Notes under the pieces: model-generated
Told to the model about the DNA's origin: nothing
The model's input: the letters and a program-made list of their open reading frames with translations, nothing else
Databases searched by the model: none
Assembly: GCA_950097015.1 (NCBI GenBank)
Contig: CATNEN010000039.1
Span: 14,818,001-14,882,000 of the forward strand
Length of the DNA: 64,000 bases
Source of the DNA: Macrostomum hystrix
Taxonomy: Eukaryota > Animalia > Platyhelminthes
Reading direction: 5' to 3'
Part shown: positions 13,623-25,742 of the stretch, piece after piece
Position numbering within the stretch: the first letter of the stretch is position 1
Layout: the number at the start of each line of letters is the position of its first letter
Position numbers and translations under genes: made by a program

Positions 13623-15770
13623 TGCTGATACCTATTTTAATAGCTAGATTAACTGGATCAATGCAGAGTTTGGGATGCCACACCCGTCCTCAATTGCCCC
13701 AGCTAATGCTGATACCTATTTTAATAGCTAGATTAACTGGATCAATGCAGAGTTTGGGATGCCACACCCATCCTCAATTGCCCCAGCTAATGCTGATACC
13801 TATTTTAATAGCTAGATTAACTGGATCAATGCAGAGTTTGGGATGCCACACCCATCCTCAATTGCCCCAGCTAATGCTGATACCTATTTTAATAGCTAGA
13901 TTAACTGGATCAATGCAGAGTTTGGGATGCCACACCCGTCCTCAATTGCCCCAGCTAATGCTGATACCTATTTTAATAGCTAGATTAACTGGATCAATGC
14001 AGAGTTTGGGATGCCACACCCATCCTCAATTGCCCCAGCTAATGCTGATACCTATTTTAATAGCTAGATTAACTGGATCAATGCAGAGTTTGGGATGCCA
14101 CACCCGTCCTCAATTGCCCCAGCTAATGCTGATACCTATTTTAATAGCTAGATTAACTGGATCAATGCAGAGTTTGGGATGCCACACCCGTCCTCAATTA
14201 CCCCAGCTAATGCTGATACCTATTTTAATAGCTAGATTAACTGGATCAATGCAGAGTTTGGGATGCCACACCCATCCTCAATTGCCCCAGCTAATGCTGA
14301 TACCTATTTTAATAGCTAGATTAACTGGATCAATGCAGAGTTTGGGATGCCACACCCATCCTCAATTGCCCCAGCTAATGCTGATACCTATTTTAATAGC
14401 TAGATTAACTGGATCAATGCAGAGTTTGGGATGCCACACCCATCCTCAATTGCCCCAGCTAATGCTGATACCTATTTTAATAGCTAGATTAACTGGATCA
14501 ATGCAGAGTTTGGGATGCCACACCCATCCTCAATTGCCCCAGCTAATGCTGATACCTATTTTAATAGCTAGATTAACTGGATCAATGCAGAGTTTGGGAT
14601 GCCACACCCATCCTCAATTGCCCCAGCTAATGCTGATACCTATTTTAATAGCTAGATTAACTGGATCAATGCAGAGTTTGGGATGCCACACCCGTCCTCA
14701 ATTGCCCCAGCTAATGCTGATACCTATTTTAATAGCTAGATTAACTGGATCAATGCAGAGTTTGGGATGCCACACCCGTCCTCAATTACCCCAGCTAATG
14801 CTGATACCTATTTTAATAGCTAGATTAACTGGATCAATGCAGAGTTTGGGATGCCACACCCGTCCTCAATTACCCCAGCTAATGCTGATACCTATTTTAA
14901 TAGCTAGATTAACTGGATCAATGCAGAGTTTGGGATGCCACACCCGTCCTCAATTGCCCCAGCTAATGCTGATACCTATTTTAATAGCTAGATTAACTGG
15001 ATCAATGCAGAGTTTGGGATGCCACACCCGTCCTCAATTGCCCCAGCTAATGCTGATACCTATTTTAATAGCTAGATTAACTGGATCAATGCAGAGTTTG
15101 GGATGCCACACCCATCCTCAATTGCCCCAGCTAATGCTGATACCTATTTTAATAGCTAGATTAACTGGATCAATGCAGAGTTTGGGATGCCACACCCGTC
15201 CTCAATTGCCCCAGCTAATGCTGATACCTATTTTAATAGCTAGATTAACTGGATCAATGCAGAGTTTAGGATGCCACACCCATCCTCAATTGCCCCAGCT
15301 AATGCTGATACCTATTTTAATAGCTAGATTAACTGGATCAATGCAGAGTTTGGGATGCCACACCCGTCCTCAATTACCCCAGCTAATGCTGATACCTATT
15401 TTAATAGCTAGATTAACTGGATCAATGCAGAGTTTGGGATGCCACACCCATCCTCAATTGCCCCAGCTAATGCTGATACCTATTTTAATAGCTAGATTAA
15501 CTGGATCAATGCAGAGTTTAGGATGCCACACCCATCCTCAATTGCCCCAGCTAATGCTGATACCTATTTTAATAGCTAGATTAACTGGATCAATGCAGAG
15601 TTTGGGATGCCACACCCGTCCTCAATTACCCCAGCTAATGCTGATACCTATTTTAATAGCTAGATTAACTGGATCAATGCAGAGTTTGGGATGCCACACC
15701 CATCCTCAATTGCCCCAGCTAATGCTGATACCTATTTTAATAGCTAGATTAACTGGATCAATGCAGAGTT
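13623..15770. repeat. 84-bp satellite, about 25 near-identical copies, derived from a SINE body
   Basis: Unit gctgatacctattttaatagctagattaactggatcaatgcagagtt...; the last unit runs directly into a SINE head. Confidence 0.95.
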
Positions 15771-15872
15771 TAGTGTCTTGCTTAAGAACACAAATTGTTC
15801 TATGTAGAGTCGGGAATCAAACCCCGACCTTTAAGTCGTCAGTCCGGCACTCTAACCACTAGACTACAACCT
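15722..15872 (-). mobile_element. tRNA-derived SINE family B, head and start of body
   Basis: Minus strand: A-box TAGTCTAGTGG, B-box-like GGTTTGATTCCC, then tgtgttcttaagcaagacactaaactctg. Confidence 0.75.
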
Positions 15873-16001
15873 CATCAAGAGGTTTAGAGCTGTCTTAGAT
15901 CAATAGATAATACCGACGAGAGCAGTGAAATAAAAAATTGAAGAGTGGATATCAAGCCAGATATTTGCAAATAATTATTTCGTTTTCCTTTTGCAGCTAG
16001 A

Positions 16002-17828
16002 ATGCCAGTGACTGGGTCTGGCGATAGCGGCTCTTCCGCAGCCATCACGGACACGCGAGCCGAGCTCACCCAGCTGTTGCAGAAACGGGCAGAGCTCGCT
16101 GACACGCTGGGCAACCTGGAGAGACAAATTTATCGATTCGAAGGCAGCTACCTGGAAGATACTGCCCAGTATGGCAACATTATCAAGGGCTGGGATCGGT
16201 AAGCTGGCCCTTGTAGCTGAATACCCATTATCTATTTAGCACTTTTATAATAAATGAACCGCTTTGAAATGTTCAGCTTTCTAAACAGCGACGCTCTCCA
16301 CCCATACACCTCAGCTACCTGACTAATCAGAAGCCGGGACAGGATTTAAGGGACAAGCGCAGCCGCAAGATCAAGGAATCAGACCGACTGTTCTCCAAGT
16401 CTTCCGTTACATCGGCTGCTGTAAGCTTGCCTGCCTTTGTCACGCATGATACTCAATCTGGCATTCTCAAACTGTCATTTCCCATCTCAAACTGTCATTT
16501 CCCATCTCAAACTGTCATTTCCCATCTCAATCTGTCATTTCCCATCTCAATCTGTCATTTCCCATCTCAATCTGTCATTTCCCATCTCAATCTGTCATTT
16601 CCCATCTCAATCTGTCATTTCCCATCTCAATCTGTCATTTCCCATCTCAATCTGTCATTTCCCATCTCAATCTGTCATTCTAAAACTGAAGCAGTCTTTC
16701 TCAATCTGTCATTTCCCATCTCAATCTGTCATTTCCCATCTCAATCTGTCATTTCCCATCTCAATCTGTCATTTCCCATCTCAATCTGTCATTCTCAAAC
16801 TGAAGCAGTCTTTCTCAATCTGTCATTTCCCATCTCAATCTGTCATTTCCCATCTCAATCTGTCATTTCCCATCTCAATCTGTTATTTCCCATCTCAATC
16901 TGTCATTTCCCATCTCAATCTGTCATTCTCAAACTGAAGCAGTCTTTCTCAATCTGTCATTTCCCATCTCAATCTGTCATTTCCCATCTCAATCTGTCAT
17001 TTCCCATCTCAATCTGTCATTTCCCATCTCAATCTGTCATTCTCAAACTGAAGCAGTCTTTCTCAATCTGTCATTTCCCATCTCAATCTGTCATTTCCCA
17101 TCTCAATCTGTCATTCTCAAACTGAAGCAGTCTTTCTCAATCTGTCATTTCCCATCTCAATCTGTCATTTCCCATCTCAATCTGTCATTCTAAAACTGAA
17201 GCAGTCTTTCTCAATCTGTCATTTCCCGTCTCAATCTGTCATTCTAAAACTGAAGCAGTCTTTCTCAATCTGTCATTTCCCATCTCAATCTGTCATTCTA
17301 AAACTGAAGCAGTCTTTCTCAATCTGTCATTTCCCATCTCAATCTGTCATTCTAAAACTGAAGCAGTCTTTCTCAATCTGTCATTTCCCATCTCAATCTG
17401 TCATTCTAAAACTGAAGCAGTCTTTCTCAATCTGTCATTTCCCATCTCAATCTGTCATTCTAAAACTGAAGCAGTCTTTCTCAATCTGTCATTTCCCATC
17501 TCAATCTGTCATTCTAAAACTGAAGCAGTCTTTCTCAATCTGTCATTTCCCATCTCAATCTGTCATTTCCCAACTCAATCTGTCATTCTCCAACTCAATC
17601 TGTCATTTCCCAACTCAATCTGTCATTCCCCAATCATTTTATTACTCACACAATCTCTCGCAGGCCGTCAGCGGTTCAACCGATCTTGGTCACAAGCTGG
17701 CCAGCGCCACTTCGTCTCAGCCCAGCAGTGCCAGTGTCGCTCCGGACAGTCAGAGCTCGTCGACCGGAAACGGACCGTCAGCGGCCAAGAAGGGCCGTAA
17801 AAGCAAGAAATCTGGCAAGCTGAAGTGA
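16002..17828 (+). CDS. MEAF6: Chromatin modification protein EAF6/MEAF6 (NuA4/MYST subunit); exons 16002-16198, 16315-16420, 17664-17828
   Basis: [32 protein letters not shown]...[13 protein letters not shown] signature; GT-AG introns in frame; basic C-terminus; AATAAA at 18005. Confidence 0.95.
16465..17635. repeat. 20-bp minisatellite (tcaatctgtcatttcccatc) with a 35-bp variant forming a 55-bp higher-order unit
   Basis: Fills most of EAF6 intron 2. Confidence 0.95.
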
Positions 17829-18164
17829 CCAGACCGTTGACCTTCTTAAAAAAGACATATTTTCTAGTTTAATTTTTTATTCTCTAATCTCTACTTGTCA
17901 GTAGGCAGTTGAGTGTTTTTAAAGTGTTGCGTTTTTTGTCATTTAATTTATCATTTCGTGTGTCTAAGTGTATTTTTATTCGATTTTTGTACAATAAGTT
18001 GTCAAATAAACTGAAATCAATGCAATCATTTGTTCATTAAAGAGTTTGTTATCTTTTTCTGCTATGGCTTTTTTCAGCATACGAGTACAACAGGAGGCAA
18101 TGCTTTGTGATTCAATTGTTTTTCAAGCACACTTTCAGGCCTTTCAGTCTAGAAATTAGTAGCC

Positions 18165-19635
18165 ATGCTGGCCGATCTGATCTGCAAGAACTGCGACGAA
18201 GCCTACACAGACTTTGCTGCATTTGTTGCCCACACAGTTTGTTGTGCCCAACCCAGCTCTCAGATTTTCATCTGCAGCGTTTGCAGCCTGTTAACTAACA
18301 AGAAATTTGTCAATGAAAACCACTGCCAGGCTGTCCATAATGGAAAGGTAAGTTAATCGTTGGAATAACAAAGCTTTTTTTGATCTACTTCGGGTTAAAG
18401 GTCGGTGGTTCGATTTAGGTGCTGGTAAAATGAAAAAAATAAACTGTTTCCCTCCCCATCTGATCTCCGATTCAAAATTTTTGCAGGGCTCCATGCGGCC
18501 GCATATGAGACTGGGCAGTGATTCCGAACCGCAACCACCTGTAGCGACGCCACCTGTCGCGATGCCACCGTCGGCGCCAGTGGCTCAAACGCCTACGTCG
18601 TCCAAGCCGGTGCCAATGGCGCCGCCCGCAGCCGTTCTCGGCAGTGCCAGTGGCGCCAACTGCAAGCGTCGCCGGACGAGTTACCAACAGCCGGTGGAGC
18701 CGTCGCCTCGTCGCATTAAATCGGAGTTCCGCGAAATTGTCGACGTCAAGCCAGATCCCGCCGCCGCTCCGACGTCGACAGGCCGAGAAGAGCTGGTGCA
18801 GCAGGCGCCGGAGGCCAAGGCGAAGGTGGCTCCTGCCATCATCGCTCCGAGTGCGGCTGTGCGCCGAGGGCGCGGTCGCGGCGCATCGGCCCGGATCGCG
18901 GAGGCCACGATGTCCGCGGCTCTTCGGCCAGGCGCCCGTCGGGCCAGCCAGGCCGCCACCAGCCGCATCCGGTCCAGCCTGATTGGCGAAGAGGACGCAG
19001 ATGACGACTTCAACGCTGGAAGCGGAAGCGACAAAGATGATTCGAAGGACAACGTCAACGCCGAGTCGGCGGAGTCGGATGCGGCCTCTCTATTAGACAG
19101 CCAGGTATCGGACAGCTCGCGCGGTACTTCGCCCTGCCCCGCCAGTCCCTCTGTGCCAAACTCTACTTCAACTCCGCTGTGCGAACCGCTGGCTGTAGCC
19201 CGGATCCTTCTCGGCGGTGTCAGCCTGCCATCGGCTTCCGCAGTCGGTGTCACCGTCCAATTCTTTTCCAACTGCGCTACATTCAACGCTGGACCCGATC
19301 GATGCCTGATGGTTTCCTACCGACATCCGGACTGCATCATCTACGCTAACAACGGCTGCTTTCTGCTGCGCCTCTGCGTCGATGACTACCTTCGAGCGCG
19401 CGACCTGCTGGGCTTCGAAGCCCCGGTCCAGACCGAAGTCGAGCACTGCCGACTCTGTCTCCGTCTGGAGAGGCCCCTGACGCCATTCCAGTTGAGCTGC
19501 CTGTCTTACGCGGTGCGCAAATGCCGCCGCTCCGGCCGCATGAAGTCATTCTTTGCCGTCAGGAAGCTTTTGGTGCTGAGCCCTGAGTGGGCTGATCGAC
19601 TGCTAGCTGAGCTCAATGGTGAGCAGCCAGTTTGA
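18165..19635 (+). CDS. Uncharacterised protein with two degenerate N-terminal zinc fingers; exons 18165-18347, 18487-19635
   Basis: CKNC..H...C and CSVC..H....H spacing; phase-0 intron aag|gtaagt ... ttgcag|; long GC-rich ORF. Confidence 0.8.
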
Positions 19636-19999
19636 GCACACCCAGACTCAACAGCTGAACTCAAATCTTTGCAATGCCTTTATGTACTGTTAGTACGTCT
19701 TATTGTCTGTGCCGGATTTTCGACTATATGCATAAAAATACAGTTTATCAGAAAAATTCTAAGCCATATTATGCTAGTAGATGGCAGTGTGCAACTGTAG
19801 GTTTCATTTTATATCCTTTTGTAGTTGTAAGTTTCACCCAAGTTATTAGTAACAAGTTATAATGAATATTTAGCAATAACCATTTCACCGTACAATATTA
19901 ACCGAAATATTTTCAAACTTGATAAATCACTAATGACCAAAATGCAGATTTTTTTTATTTTTTAACTTCTTAACTTTTACTCTAATACCTTTTTTGCAA

Positions 20000-21092
20000 A
20001 GCAGCAGTCAGACATTACTGAAGCAACAGTTAACAGATTACTGAAGCAACAGTTAACATATTACTGAAGCAGTAGTTAACAGATTACTGAAGCAGCAGTT
20101 GACAGATTATTGAAGCAGCAGTTAACAGATTACTGAAGCAGTAGTTAACAGATTACTGAAGCAGTAGTTAACAGATTACTGAAGCAGCAGTTAACAGATT
20201 ACTGAAGCAGCAGTTAACAGATTACTGAAGCAGCAGTTAACAGATTATTGAAGCAGTAGTTAACAGATTACTGAAGCAGCAGTTAACAGATTACTGAAGC
20301 AACAGTTAACAGATTACTGAAGCAGTAGTTAACAGATTACTGAAGCAGCAGTTAACAGATTACTGAAGCAGCAGTTAACAGATTACTGAAGCAGCAGTTA
20401 ACAGATTATTGAAGCAGTAGTTAACAGATTACTGAAGCAGCAGTTAACAGATTACTGAAGCAGCAGTTAACAGATTACTGAAGCAGCAGTTAACTGATTA
20501 CTGAAGCAACAGTTAACAGATTACTGAAGCAGTAGTTAACAGATTATTGAAGCAGTAGTTAACAGATTACTGAAGCAGTAGTTAACAGATTACTGAAGCA
20601 ACAGTTAACAGATTACTGAAGCAGTAGTTAACAGATTATTGAAGCAGTAGTTAACAGATTATTGAAGCAGTAGTTAACAGATTACTGAAGCAGCAGTTGA
20701 CAGATTATTGAAGCAGCAGTTAACAGATTACTGAAGCAGTAGTTAACAGATTACTGAAGCAGTAGTTAACAGATTACTGAAGCAGTAGTTAACAGATTAC
20801 TGAAGCAGTAGTTAACAGATTACTGAAGCAGCAGTTAACAGATTACTGAAGCAACAGTTAACAGATTACTGAAGCAGTAGTTAACAGATTACTGAAGCAG
20901 CAGTTAACAGATTACTGAAGCAACAGTTAACAGATTATTGAAGCAACAGTAAACAGATTACTGAAGCAGTAGTTAACAGATTATTGAAGCAGCAGTTAAC
21001 AGATTACTGAAGCAGCAGTTAACAGATTATTGAAGCAGCAGTTAACAGATTACTGAAGCAGCAGTTAACAGATTACTGAAGCAGCAGTTACA
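20000..21092. repeat. 23-bp minisatellite (agttaacagattactgaagcagc)
   Basis: Tandem units in the intergenic gap. Confidence 0.97.
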
Positions 21093-21150
21093 TATTTATA
21101 ATGTAGAGTATACAGAGTAACATCGCCTCACTCTGCAGCCCCACTGAGCA

Positions 21151-22363
21151 ATGAGCAGTCAGCGAATTGCCGTCTTCAGTCGCATGGCTGATGACCAGCT
21201 GTACCTGAATAGCAACTGTCTCATTGCCTATTGCGATTTAAACGCTAGCGGCCTGCGAGCCCTGCTAGGCATTGAAGCCAGGGTGGAGTTCTGGGATCTG
21301 GATGTGCCTGGTCTGTGGGTCAAAGGCGACTCGGGCGACGGTCAGCGGCCGCTGCTGCAGCCGGCCTGCGAGCGCTGGGACGGCACACCGCCTATGGAAG
21401 CGGAGCTGCGACCGCTACAGGTGGGCTGAAGTTCTGCTGTCGCTGCTTAGAGGGTCTTAACGTGGCCATTTAGATGGACTGAATGTGGCTATTTAGATGG
21501 ACTGAATATGGCTACTTAGATGGACTGAATGTGGCTATTTAGATGGACTGAATGTGGCTATTTAGATGGACTGAATGTGGCTATTTAGATGGACTGAATG
21601 TGGCTATTTAGATGGACTGAATGTGGCTATTTACGAGTAAAAGAGCTGATGATCCAGAAAGTGCCTTAAAGTGCTATTTTTAGATACTGAAATGCAAGCT
21701 GTTTATCGACACTGAAGGTTCAGAGTCCTTAGAGACAAAAGTTTTAAGTTCAAGACACAGCATTGAGTGAGTTTTGGCTTGCCATACCAAACCCTCCCAC
21801 CTGCTTTGTTCTCCCAGGTGCTCAACCTGAAGTACGAGCAATTCTCCCTGCTGCTAGTAAACTGCCACGTCCCGCCGTCCCGTGTGCAGCTGGTGATGCG
21901 TCGAATCTTTGAGCTGTTTGAGCAGTTCAGCGTCCGCCGGGTTCACTTACTTAGCTGCCTTCACCTGCCCTCCGCCGATCCGGTCGGCGTTGAAGACCTC
22001 GATGACGGCGACACGGCATCGGCTCAACTCACTGAGACTGCATTCAACGGTGCTCAGGATTCCGAGCGGCTCAATCCGAGCCTCTCTAGTCTGCACCTGT
22101 CCGCTGGCCCCGTCAGGGACGCCTTTCTGAGCTGCTTCGTCCAGTTCGCCCTGGTGGAACGTCTGCCCTTCACCCTGCTGGCCGCCGCCTCGCACCGCGC
22201 CGCGCCTAGCGTCGCCAATGTCGACGCTGCCTCAGTCGGCGCCTTCCAGACCTGCCTGACGAAGCAGCTGGGATTGGCATTTAGCCTGGAGCGAAGCCTT
22301 AATGACATTCGCTTCCACCGGTCAGCTGTGTGCGTGGGCGGTGACTCGGGCATGTACGTGTGA
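21151..22363 (+). CDS. Putative proteasome assembly chaperone-like protein (PAC/PBAC5-like) with HbYX C-terminus; exons 21151-21420, 21818-22363
   Basis: Phase-0 intron cag|gtggg ... ctcccag|; ends in ...GMYV* (hydrophobic-Tyr-X). LSCFVQFALVERLPFTLL and LGLAFSLER resemble plant PBAC5 as I recall it (unverified). Gene model is solid, product is tentative. Confidence 0.6.
21465..21633. repeat. 23-bp intronic minisatellite (tttagatggactgaatgtggcta)
   Basis: About 7 tandem units. Confidence 0.9.
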
Positions 22364-23046
22364 CGGAATGGGTTCCATTGGACAGCTGTGTGCGTGGGCG
22401 GTGACTCGGGCATGTACGTGTGACGGAATGGGTTCCATCGGTCAGCTGTGTGCGTGGGCGGTGACTCGGGCATGTACGTGTGACGGAATGGGTTCCATTG
22501 GACAGCTGTGTGCGTGGGCGGTGACTCGGGCATGTACGTGTGACGGAATGGGTTCCATCGGTCAGCTGTGTGCGTGGGCGGTGACTCGGGCATGTACGTG
22601 TGACGGAATGGGTTCCATTGGACAGCTGTGTGCGTGGGCGGTGACTCGGGCATGTACGTGTGACGGAATGGGTTCCATTGGACAGCTGTGTGCGTGGGCG
22701 GTGACTCGGGCATGTACGTGTGACGCAATGGGTTCCATTGGACAGCTGTGTGCGTGGGCGGTGACTCGGGCATGAACGTGTGACGGAATGGGTTCCATTG
22801 GACACCTGTGTGCGTGGGCGGTGACTTGGGCATGTACGTGTGACGTAATGGGTTCCATTGGACAGCTGTGTGCGTGGGCGGTGACTCGGACATGTACGTG
22901 TGACGGAATGGGTTCCATTGGACAGCTGTGTGCGTGGGCGGTGACTCGGACATGTACGTGTGACGGAATGGGTTCCATTGGACAGCTGTGTGCGTGGGCG
23001 GTGACTCGGGCATGTACGTGTGACGGAATGGGTTCCATCGGACAGC
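22311..23046 (+). repeat. 60-bp tandem repeat, 12 copies, spanning the last codons and stop codon of the upstream gene
   Basis: In-frame TGA every 60 nt from 22361 to 23021. Confidence 0.97.
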
Positions 23047-23400
23047 AAAAAGTTCCTATTGTGCTGTGCTCGTTTCTTTACTGTCCTTAGCAGTCTGTAT
23101 GGATGAGATCAACTAATGCCTTCGTTTCACACTGCAGTTTGTGTTTCATTTTTAAGTGGTAAACCGCTAATTTTCTTTAGTTTTCAATGCATTTAAATTA
23201 AATGTGTTTTGTAGTGTGTTTACTTCCACAAAAATTTCCTTTTCATAATTCTGCATTGAAAACAGATTCAGAAAGTGTTAAATTAAAAAATGCATCAAAT
23301 TGTTCAGATAGCTAATTAATCAAGTTGTTCCTGAACATTATCTGCTTGTAGTCTTGATTCCATTTTTTTCTTTAGATGAAGCCTTAGTTGAGTCAACCTT

Positions 23401-23414
23401 GTTGCCATAGCAAC
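23401..23414. promoter_or_regulatory. RFX X-box
   Basis: GTTGCCATAGCAAC, near-perfect palindromic consensus. Confidence 0.55.
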
Positions 23415-23499
23415 AAAATAGTGGCTGCGTACTTGCGACCGGCTCTCAACTCCGACACCGCCGAATTGCACAGGCTGCGATCGCTGCGCTGCTGTAGCT

Positions 23500-25450
23500 G
23501 GTGTCACCTGTTAGATACTGTGGTGTCACCTGTTAGATACTGTGGTGTCACCTGTTAGATACTGTGGTGTCACCTGTTAGATACTGTGGTGTCACCTGTT
23601 AGATACTGTGGTGTCACCTCTTAGATACTGTAGTGTCACCTGTAAGATACTGTACTGTCACCTGTTAGATACTATGGTGTCACCTCTTAGATACTGTACT
23701 GTCACCTGTTAGATACTGTGGTGTCACCTCTTAGATACTGTAGTGTCACCTGTAAGATACTGTACTGTCACCTGTTAGATACTGTGGTGTCACCTGTTAG
23801 ATACTGTAGTGTCACCTGTTAGATGCTGTAGTGTCACCTGTTAGACACTGTACTGTCACCTGATAGATCCTTTAGTGTCTCCTGTTAGATACTGTAGTAT
23901 CTCCTGTTAGATACTGTAGTGTCTCCTGTTAGATACTGTAGTGTGTCCTGTTAGATACTGTAGTGTGTCCTGTTAGACACTGTAGTGTCTCCTGTTAGAT
24001 GCTGTAGTGTCTCCTGTTAGATACTGTAGTGTCTCCTGTTAGATACTGTAGTGTCTCCTGTTAGATACTGTAGTGTCTCCTGTTAGATACTGTAGTGTCT
24101 CCTGTTAGATACTGTAGTGTGTCCTGTTAGATACTGTAGTGTGTCCTGTTAGACACTGTAGTGTCTCCTGTTAGATGCTGTAGTGTCTCCTGTTAGATAC
24201 TGTAGTGTCTCCTGTTAGATACTGTAGTGTCTCCTGTTAGATACTGTAGTGTCTCCTGTTAGATACTGTAGTGTCTCCTGTTAGATACTGTAGTGTCTCC
24301 TGTTAGATACTGTAGTGTCTCCTGTTAGATACTGTAGTGTCTCCTGTTAGATACTGTAGTGTGTCCTGTTAGATACTGTAGTGTGTCCTGTTAGACACTG
24401 TAGTGTCTCCTGTTAGATGCTGTAGTGTCTCCTGTTAGATACTGTAGTGTCTCCTGTTAGATACTGTAGTGTCTCCTGTTAGATACTGTAGTGTCTCCTG
24501 TTAGATACTGTAGTGTCTCCTGTTAGATACTGTAGTGTCTCCTGTTAGATACTGTAGTGTGTCCTGTTAGACACTGTAGTGTCTCCTGTTAGATGCTGTA
24601 GTGTCTCCTGTTAGATACTGTAGTGTCTCCTGTTAGATACTGTAGTGTCTCCTGTTAGATGCTGTAGTGTCTCCTGTTAGATACTGTAGTGTCTCCTGTT
24701 AGATGCTGTAGTGTCTCCTGTTAGATACTGTAGTGTCTCCTGTTAGATACTGTGGTGTCACCTCTTAGATACTGTAGTGTCACCTGTAAGATACTGTACT
24801 GTCACCTGTTAGATACTGTAGTGTCACCTCTTAGATGCTGTAGTGTCACCTGTTAGATGCTGTAGTGTCACCTGTTAGACACTGTACTGTCACCTGATAG
24901 ATCCTTTAGTGTCTCCTGTTAGATACTGTAGTGTCTCCTGTTAGATACTGTAGTGTCTCCTGTTAGATACTGTAGTGTGTCCTGTTAGATACTGTAGTGT
25001 GTCCTGTTAGATACTGTAGTGTCACCTGTTAGACACTGTACTGTCACCTGATAGATCCTTTAGTGTCTCCTGTTAGATACTGTAGTGTCTCCTGTTAGAT
25101 GCTGTAGTGTCACCTGTTAGACACTGTACTGTCACCTGATAGATCCTTTAGTGTCTCCTGTTAGATACTGTAGTGTCTCCTGTTAGATACTGTAGTGTCT
25201 CCTGTTAGATACTGTAGTGTCTCCTGTTAGATACTGTAGTGTGTCCTGTTAGATACTGTAGTGTATCCTGTTAGATACTGTAGTGTGTCCTGTTAGATAC
25301 TGTAGTGTCTCCTGTTAGATACTGTAGTGTCTCCTGTTAGATACTGTAGTGTCTCCTGTTAGATACTGTAGTGTCTCCTGTTAGATGCTGTAGTGTCTCC
25401 TGTTAGACACTGTACTGTCACCTGTTAGATACGATACTATCACCTGCTAG
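23500..25450. repeat. 22-bp minisatellite (gtgtctcctgttagatactgta)
   Basis: Tandem units with variant blocks. Confidence 0.97.
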
Positions 25451-25742
25451 ACGCGGTAAACATTAGGCAGACGTTTTACAACTCACCATTGAGTAGACAT
25501 TTCTGCCAGACAAGCCTCTATTGTCAACAGTGTCAGCTTTGTAGCAGCTGCTAGTTCGGCTGCACAGCGTTACAGATGACAGGCAGTCTGTCAGATCTCT
25601 GTAGCAGCTGCTAGTTCGGCTGCACAGCATTACAGATGACAGGCAGTCTGTCAGATCTCTGTAGCAGCTGAGCGCTGCTTGTTGGGCGCGTGCGGAGTGC
25701 ACTTTATGAGAAATATGGGAGGGCTGTGGGATCCGACAAATC

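Noticed and set aside
13622-15862. 746-aa ORF, and similar long ORFs at 3559-5504, 7034-8321, 46326-47592 and 48214-50113
   Set aside because: Translations of tandem repeats whose units lack stops; often open in several frames or strands, with no splice or domain evidence.
22361-23160. Multi-selenocysteine protein (12 UGAs)
   Set aside because: No convincing SECIS seen downstream, and the first UGA follows a plausible natural C-terminus. A SECISearch run would settle it.
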